A DNA stretch of 64,000 nt from the human T2T-CHM13v2.0 reference genome, Homo sapiens, in assembly GCF_009914755.1 (NCBI RefSeq), contig NC_060931.1. The stretch is one strand, 5' to 3'. Shown here in pieces: positions 55,966 to 64,000 of the stretch. Numbering within the stretch: the first letter of the stretch is position 1; each line of letters starts with the position of its first letter. Position numbers and translations under genes: made by a program. Under the pieces are notes generated by a model that was not told where the DNA came from, made no database searches, and saw only the letters and a program-made list of their open reading frames with translations.

Positions 55966-57412
55966 CCCCAAGGCTAGTCCACATTCCATCTAATATCCCT
56001 GATGAGTTAATTCATTATGGTCTTCCAAATTCCTCATTTGTTGATTATCCTATGTTACCTGGCATTATACAATTTTTAAATAGCTTCATAATCAACTAGA
56101 TTATTAAATCCTTGTAAGAAAACTGTGACCTACACATATATGAGGGTTATAAATCACTAATGAATATTTATAAGTGACAGATACTTTGTTAAGCAAGTGA
56201 CTTATTTTATTTTATCCTTACTACAACCCCCTGAAGGATAATTTTTCCCAGCCCCTTTAAGAGATATTTGTTGAGATTCCAGCAACTTGCCTATGTCTTA
56301 TTTTGCTTGATAAATATCTCTTGTTCATAATGATCATGACATGCAGAATCATAAAGTCATTCTTCATATTTTGAATTAAAATAACTTGAGATCCCCTATG
56401 CTGACTCTCATTTCACTGAAAAGCCTATGAGATAAATTCCTATATGATAGTTCATCAGAATAGAGCAAACAGAAATTAGCAATTATGGAAACTACATTTT
56501 TTTTTCCTGAGTTGCTTGCTATAAATTCTCCTTACATTGGCAAAGGATAAAGAAGACTAAAGAAATAGTTCATAATTTTGGCAATCTGGAGAGAGAGGTA
56601 ACAAGAGCTAATTCATCCTGGCTGACTCAGAAAATATTGTGACTGTGGGTCTGCACTATCACAAAGTTGAATTGTCAGTCAGGCTCACAAGAAACTAAGT
56701 TTTACTAATGGTTAGCAAAGGATATAACAAAGGAGTCACAGCTTTCTTGTATCCTGTGCTAATGCTACATCAGTGCCTGGGAGCCCAGAAATCAGTCAAG
56801 CACAGCTTCCTAAATCCCTTTCTAACACTGTGATGCATTTTGGGCTTGGAGAGAGGAATGCTAACTGTTTGACTTCCATCAGCGCAGGGAAGCCCTTTAG
56901 TTTTGGGGTCTCGTACTTTCCAAATGACTTAATGAGAATGACCATTTAATAACTTCCATTCTCTGGTGGGTTTGTGTCTAATAAATTAAAAAATGATAGT
57001 TTACTTACAATAAGCAATCCAGACAAACTTACCATATATCTGGCTAAAAATATTTCATACAGTAGAGCCCCCAGAAGACCCTCTTTTATCTTGTAGCTCC
57101 TGAAATCAGTAAGTGTGTTTACAAGAAAGTGTGGTCAAGGTCAAAATGCCTCAGCATATGGGAGGAGGGAGAAATCTGCTTATACATACATATGCTATTA
57201 ACTCATTACTTCCCATTGTCTCTCTTCAAAGAGATATGGAGATAAATCTATAAGCAATTGGGAATAAAAATATTACTAATCAATGACTATTAGCATCTAA
57301 TAAATGTCATGCAAATAAAGGAAAATAATTCAAGTACTAAAATACATATATTCTATGGTAGGTACAGCAATACTTCCTTACAAGTATTGCACAGTGTAAC
57401 AAAATATTCATT

Positions 57413-57580
57413 TAGGGTAAAGGTGCTAAATGAAATATAGGACACCCAGTTAATTTGCATTTCACATAAACAACAAATAATATTTTAGTATAAGTATTTC
57501 CTATGCAATATTAGGTCTTGTATTTTATCTGTCAACCCTAACTATAAATCCTGTTTTATGTGTTAAGTTTGGCCACCCTA
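57413..57580. mobile_element. MER53-like palindromic hAT MITE, rearranged
   Basis: tagggt...aggacacccagttaatttgcatttcacataaacaacaaataatattttagtataagtat...tattttatctgtcaacccta. Confidence 0.75.
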
Positions 57581-57594
57581 CTTTCAGGTCATAC

Positions 57595-57760
57595 ATTGGA
57601 TGTAGTACAGCTCAATGATTAGAACGTGAATTTGGGAGCCAAATTTTGGGGGATCAAATACTGACTTTGCTATTTACAAACTGTGTGACTTTGGGGACAT
57701 GATTTAATCTGTCTCAATTTCTCACCTGTATAATGGGGGTTTCATCAGGCTAGATGAGAA
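57595..57760 (+). mobile_element. MIR SINE
   Basis: ggagccaaa...tcaaatactgact...ctgtgtgactttgggga...ctcaatttctcacctgtataatgggg. Confidence 0.7.
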
Positions 57761-58868
57761 AATTCATGGTAATCAAGTTTCCAGTTCTGATTATAAATAG
57801 AAAATTTCTACTTTAGTATGGCTATGCTTTATGTATGTAGAGCTTATAAAGTAGAAATGTATTCCTAGTACATTTTAAGAGCCATATAAATATTAAGTAC
57901 TACTTTTTTGAGTTCTACAAATGTTTGCCTTTCATACATCACAAAAAATAAGAGATGAAAAGGGCCTCAAATATTTCATAACTGCGCCTGCAGCATGATC
58001 TGCTCATATTTACTTGAATATTTTAGCATTAACATGATATTTAAAAATCTATACTTCTAAATAGCATATAATTTTCAGTCTGTAAGCAGGAATATAAAAA
58101 GAGCCATCAGACTTAATTAGTAAAACATACCTGATCACTGATTTAAAAAATGCATGAATTCCTATAACCTGCTAAAATATACTTCTCTAAATATTTTTAA
58201 AAAGGAAAGCAAACCCAAAATCCTCTTTTCAGAAAATATTTCCTTCCTTACTATCAAAAAAATTAATTCTTGTTCAATATTCTCTTAAATATGCATAGTG
58301 AGCATATTATATTTTTTATAGGTTTAGTTTGGTTGTTTCTTAAATATCCTTTTATTTTTAGAAAAAATTGATGGCACTTTCTGGTATGTTCTAATTGTGA
58401 AACTAAAACATTAGATTTTGTTATCAACAACATAAATTACCACCTACTGACTTATTCTACCTATCATTTGCAAGAATGCTCTGATTTTCTGAGGTTTTAA
58501 AATAGTGCAGAATTGAGGTAGATTTCATAGTAATTATTCTCTCAATAGAATGATGGGTAAATAGATTAAATAGGCATTATATAATATATATAATCCAGGC
58601 ACAGATAATTGTAATTGACTTTATCTACAAATTTTGTTATAAAAAACCAAGTAAAGTTCTAATGCTTTTAGCAAATAGTGGTATTGTATAACCATAGCAA
58701 TCAGGACAGATATACAGTATTTGGTCATTTTTCCTAAAAAATTATATTCATAAAAATATCTTTTTAATGTTTGCCAGAGTAGGGGCATATGCTTATTTTG
58801 GGAGGTATTTACGGCTAAAATTAACTGAAGTAAAGAGGAGATAGTTTGTGATTCTGTGCTCTTGTTGC

Positions 58869-58872
<4 letters not shown>

Positions 58873-58905
<33 letters not shown>
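58873..58905. repeat. (AC)n microsatellite
   Basis: Directly visible. Confidence 0.95.
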
Positions 58906-58909
<4 letters not shown>

Positions 58910-61900
58910 TTTCTTTTTAAACAAATCTGGGCTATATATTTATCATTTCCCTCAAAGTAGTTACAGGTACAAAAACTGAAATACTGAATGGTCACTGTTG
59001 CTCTTTATAATTCTAATTAAACAAGGGTTTGCCAGCTGTTCTGATTGTCATAAGGCTTCCCCAGGATACAATTATGCTCTGGGGTGTTTTAATTCTGTAA
59101 CAATATTAAAATATAATCTGTACAGAAGCACATTTTCCACTCCATTTTCAAAGCACACAATTAGATTTTCCATGATTTTACTTAACACAATTCTGTATGT
59201 CCTTCTAGGTATAACTATTGTTTAGCTGAAACTTACTTCTTTTGCCTTGATTGGGTGTTGCTCCTTCTGTATTTATATCTTGTATGTCTATTTTTGCTTA
59301 AACCAAATGACAAATATCACAGAGGGACTTCTTTACAGTGTCATTAGTTAGATTGATGGGAAGATAGATTGATGGATAGAATTTCCATTCCTCTGTGCAA
59401 GGAACCTGACTCTGTGCAAACAGCCTTAAGTTGTAATTATAGATTCACTGTGATGGACTCTAGAGAATTTGCTGCAAGAGACTTTTTTTTTTTGTTATGA
59501 ATTGTTCCCTTGAATGTAAAACCTATGATAGAAGTAAATTTTCTTAACTGGAGAAGCCTTATTTCCTCCCTTTCTTTTCTAGTTGTCTTTCTTTCCTTTT
59601 CCCCTGCAAATGAGGCCTGCGGAGAAAAGCACCAGAAATAATGGCATAACAAGAAGGGACACTCAACTCCTGAATAATGGAATATGTATCTTTCTGGTTG
59701 CCCTGCTGTATGCTCGTAGCTTGAAATCACAGATTGCAAGGCATTTCTCAATTTTACCCCGTTACAATAGTCACCTTTGGCCCCTCCTCATTTCTTGGGA
59801 TCAGCTCTTCTCCTGTCTCTACTTTTGAATATCTAAGTTGCGCATCTGGAGTGTGTTGCTGCGTTTGGCTTGTGGGAATCACACTACCAAAGTAGTTAGG
59901 GAATGCTAACTACATCAAGCCCTGAACAGCATCTTCCCTTTCAATTTGGGATACATATTGCTTTTCTCAAAAAATAAAACTCTTTGACCTGCTCCATACT
60001 ATTAGATTAGCACCTACCTCTTTCTAAATTTGAAATGAATTCTACATGTGTTTTTTGAAAAACTCCCTTTAATTAATTACAGGTTCAATAAAAGGACAAG
60101 TGAGAATGTACCTTGATGTATTTTCTAGAGAAAAAAAAAACAAAAACCCTATTGAATCTTTCATCCTGCTTTGAACTAGGAGGGTTTAAATATCAAGCCT
60201 CTTTCGGGATAACAAAAAACTAAACTGAGAAAGGCCAGTTAGAATAATTTTTTCTCTAGTGTGGCTAATTTTTAGCTCTAATGTCTGACTTCTTGGACCT
60301 TAGACACTGAAAGATCTATGCTTGTTAGCCAATGAAAAGAAGTACAGTATAATTCATGAGCATGCAGTATTGAAACATATTCAATTCAATCACACTTAGT
60401 AAAGTAAAAAGTTTCATAATTTTCAGTTCCATTTATTTTAATAATTGTGAAACAGTTATAAATCATATGTCATGTAGAAAGGTAACATTTTCTCCTTTAA
60501 TGTAGTTATTTCTAAATTTGCTAACTTAAATATTAACTCTTCATTTTTAGCACATTGGAAAATATAGAGTATGTCTTCTGGGAATTTAGAAATTTTTATT
60601 GTAATCTCATTTATCTTCCTATTTATAGTGTACAATATGCTCACAGACATCTAATCCTTATTAATCAGTCAAAAAGCTTTTATTACCAAGCATTCCCATG
60701 CCCAACAGTATCCTAGACACTGTATGGCTTAAAAATATAAATCAAGTAAGAACATCATCCACCTAACCAAAACACCTATAATCTAAGTAGTTAACAATTA
60801 TCGAAAGTTTGACTACCTATATTACTTTTAAACAAAGTTGACTTCAAAACAAGGAAGATTACCACAAATATAGCATTAGATAATGACAATGGGGTCGATT
60901 TTTAAAGAAAACATAACAGTCCTAAATGTGTATGTACCTAACCAAAGGCCATCAAAATATATGAGACAAAAATTAATATAAATGAAAGGAGAAACAGGGA
61001 GTCCACTATGAGAGTTGGAGACTCCAAAATCCATCTGCCAGTGATTGAAAAACCAAGCAAGCAGGACATCAGTAAGGATATAGTTGACTCGAATAGCACC
61101 ACGAATCAGTTTAACCTAATTGACATTTATACAATAGTCCATCTAACAAGAGCAAGCGATATGTTCTTCTCAAACTCACCTGGAACAGTCATCAAGATAG
61201 ACCACATTGTGGGCTATAAAATGCACTTTAATAAAATGATAGAACTCATGTAAAGTATGTTCTCAGATCACCAAGAAATTAATCTAAAAATCAACAATAT
61301 AAGACGTTTGAAAAATCCCCTAGTATTTGGGCACTGAACAACACACTGCTACATAATATATGTGTCCAAAGAAGAAGTCACGGGAGAAATTTTAAAATAC
61401 TTTGAACTAAATGGGAATGAAAATATAATTTATCAAATTATATGAGATGCAGTGAAAGTAGTACTTAGAGGGAAATTTATAGTAACAAATGCATATATTT
61501 GAAAAGAGAAAAGATCTAAAATTAATAAGCTAAATTTCTCTCCTTAGGAATAGAGAAAAATTAAGCCTATCCCAAGAGGAAGAAAGTAAATAATGAAAAT
61601 TAAAGCAGATATCAATGACACTGAAAGTAGGAAAATAATAGAGAAAATCAATGGGAACTAAAGCTCGTTCTTTGGAAAGATAAACAAAATGAACAAGTCT
61701 TTTACCAAATTAATCAAGAAAAAAAGGGAGATGATACAAATGGTCAATATCAGAAATGAAAGAAGTTTCTTTACTACTGATTGCATGAAGATTGAAAAGA
61801 TAATAAATGAATAATACAAGTAACTCTATCCTCACCTATTTGAAAACTTACATGAAATGAATCAATTCCTTGAATGACATAAACTATCAAAACTCACATA

Positions 61901-62383
61901 AAGAGAAATAGCCAACTTGAGTAGATCCATATTTATCAAAAAAGTTAATCAGTAATAACTTCTCAAAAATGAAAAAACCAGATTAGTCCAGATTAGCACT
62001 TTCCTACTGTTTCTATGAGAGGTATCACTCTAATACCAAAATCAGATGAAGGCGTTACGAGAAAAGAAAACTGCAGATCAATATCTCATTAACATAGATG
62101 AAAATATCATCAACAAAATATTATCAAGCCACATCAAAAATGTATAAAATAAGTTATAAACTACAGACTGGTAAGATTTGTTTCAGGTATTTAAAGCTGT
62201 TTCAACATTAGACAATCAATTAATGTAATCTAACATATCAACAGGCCATGGAGAAGAAAATCTATGATATCATCAGTTATGATGGAAAAGCATTTGACAA
62301 AATACAACATCTATTCATGACAAAAACTCTCACCAAACCAGGAATGGAGAATTTCTTTAGCTTGGTACAGAACATCCACAAAA

Positions 62384-62418
62384 AATAAATAAGTAAATAA
62401 ATAAATAAATAAATAAAT
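62384..62418. repeat. (AAAT)n microsatellite
   Basis: Directly visible inside the L1. Confidence 0.85.
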
Positions 62419-63318
62419 CACCTAACATCTCATGTTTTGATGAGAGATTGGATGCCTTCCCTCTGAGATTATCAACCAGGAAAATATGTCCTTTTTTCAC
62501 CACTCTATTTAACATCATACTGGAAGTTCTATCTAGTGAAAAGATGAGAAAAAGAATTAAAAGCCATATAGATTGGAAAGGAAGAAATAAAACTGTAATA
62601 ATTAACATATGACTTTTTTTAAAATGTAGAAACACCAAAAAAACTACAAAAAAAAAACAAAAACAAAATAAATAACCAAGTATAGCAAGGTTGCAGGATT
62701 AATGGTCAACATGCAAAACTCAATTGCTCTGCTTTATACTAACAATAAAAAATTGGAATTTGAAATTAAAAAAATACCATCTACAATAGCACAAAGTGAA
62801 ATACTTACATATAAGTATAACAAAATATGTACAGAGTCTGTATGCAGAAAATTACAAAGCAATGAGGAAGGAAATCAAAGATCTAAGTAAATGGTAACAT
62901 ATTCTGTGTTCATAGATTAAAGGACTCAATATTAAGTTGCCATTCTTTCCCAACTTGGTCTATAAATCCAAAGCAATTCTAATTCAAATCCCAGCAAGCT
63001 ATTTTGTAGATATTAAGAAAATGTTTCTAAAATTTATTTGGAAAGGCAAAAGACGTATAATAGCCAACAAAATAATGAAGAAGGACAAAGTTGAAAGGAC
63101 TCATGGTAGTCAATCTCAAGACTTACTACAAAGCTGTAGTAGTCAGGACAGTGTAATATTGGCAAAAGAGAACACATCACATATAGGTCAATGTAACAGA
63201 ATAGAAAAACCCACATAAATGAGGTCAACTGATTCTGACAAGGCAAAAAGGCAATTCAATGAAGGAACCATCTTTCCAACAAATGGTACAGGAACAATCA
63301 GACAGCCACATGCAGAAT

Positions 63319-63394
63319 GAAAGACAGAAAGAGAGAAAGAGAGCGACAGAGAGAGAGAGAGAGAGAAACATAAGCAAAGACCTTACAATTTACA

Positions 63395-63445
<51 letters not shown>
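63319..63445. repeat. (AG)n and (AAAG)n microsatellites
   Basis: Directly visible; the (AAAG)n run at 63395-63445 is bracketed by a 22-bp direct repeat. Confidence 0.9.
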
Positions 63446-63446
<1 letters not shown>

Positions 63447-64000
63447 GCAAAGACCTTACAATTTACACAAAAAGTTAATCTAAAATGTAATGAAATAAAA
63501 AACTATAAAATTTATTGAAAAACAGGAGGAAATCTATGTGAACTCTTGTTTGGTGATGAATTTTTAGATACAATTCCCAAAGTACAATCCATGAAAAAAA
63601 TTAGACTTTATTACAATTTAAAACTCCTTATCTATGAAAGACACTGCTGAGGATATAAAAATGCAAGCTACATGAGACTAGGATAAAATGTTTGCAAAAC
63701 ATATATTTGATAAAGGATGTGTAACCAAAATAACAGAGTTTATCTCTTAAAACACAACAATAAGAGAGCATGCAAACCAATAAAAAACAGGCAAAACACC
63801 TAAACAGATACATCACCAAAAAACTTACAAACAGTAAAGACGTTCAACATCATTTGTCATTAGGGAAATGCAAATTAAAACAACAATGAGGTACCACTAT
63901 GCAACTATTAGAATGGCTAAAATTCAAAAAACTGACAGTAACAATTGTCAGCAAAATGTGGAACAGCAGTAACACTCATTCATTGCTGGAGTAATAAAAA

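Larger units (their letters stand above)
60815..64000 (+). mobile_element. Old L1M (L1MB/MC/MD-like) ORF2 region, decayed, running off the window
   Basis: Endonuclease remnants (gttgacttcaaaaca; aagatagaccacat = K-I-D-H), RT remnants (gaaaagcatttgacaaaatacaacat; ctattt-aacatcatactggaagttcta) and C-terminal tagggaaatgcaaattaaaacaacaatgag. Many stops. Confidence 0.9.

Noticed and set aside
57367-57390. Hairpin gcaatactt-ccttac-aagtattgc
   Set aside because: A 9-bp AT-rich stem with a free loop length is expected by chance in 64 kb, and it is too short for a pre-miRNA.

Overview
AT-rich, CpG-poor primate (hominoid, probably human) non-coding DNA, either intronic or intergenic. I found no recognisable host protein-coding gene, CpG island, rRNA/tRNA gene or CRISPR array. 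The window is dominated by interspersed repeats. These are 10 Alus (9 on the minus strand), a 5'-truncated L1PA3-like LINE-1, several old L1M fragments, L2 and MIR relics, solo LTRs (MER21, MLT1D, MLT1I, LTR16B, THE1, MER50-like) and DNA transposons (an essentially full-length Tigger4/Zombi with a decayed transposase, Tigger3a, Charlie4a, MER5, MER58A, MER53). Subfamily names come from recalled consensus sequences and need RepeatMasker confirmation. The only long ORF (422 aa) is L1 ORF2 reverse transcriptase; the other ORFs I could place are transposon-derived, low-complexity or unrecognisable. I cannot support a new biological system from sequence alone. The best leads are a double-tailed L1 that looks like a 16-bp 3' transduction, a candidate 12-nt plus-strand microexon, a set of candidate minus-strand exons that might form a spliced non-coding transcript, and several young perfect duplications inside old elements.
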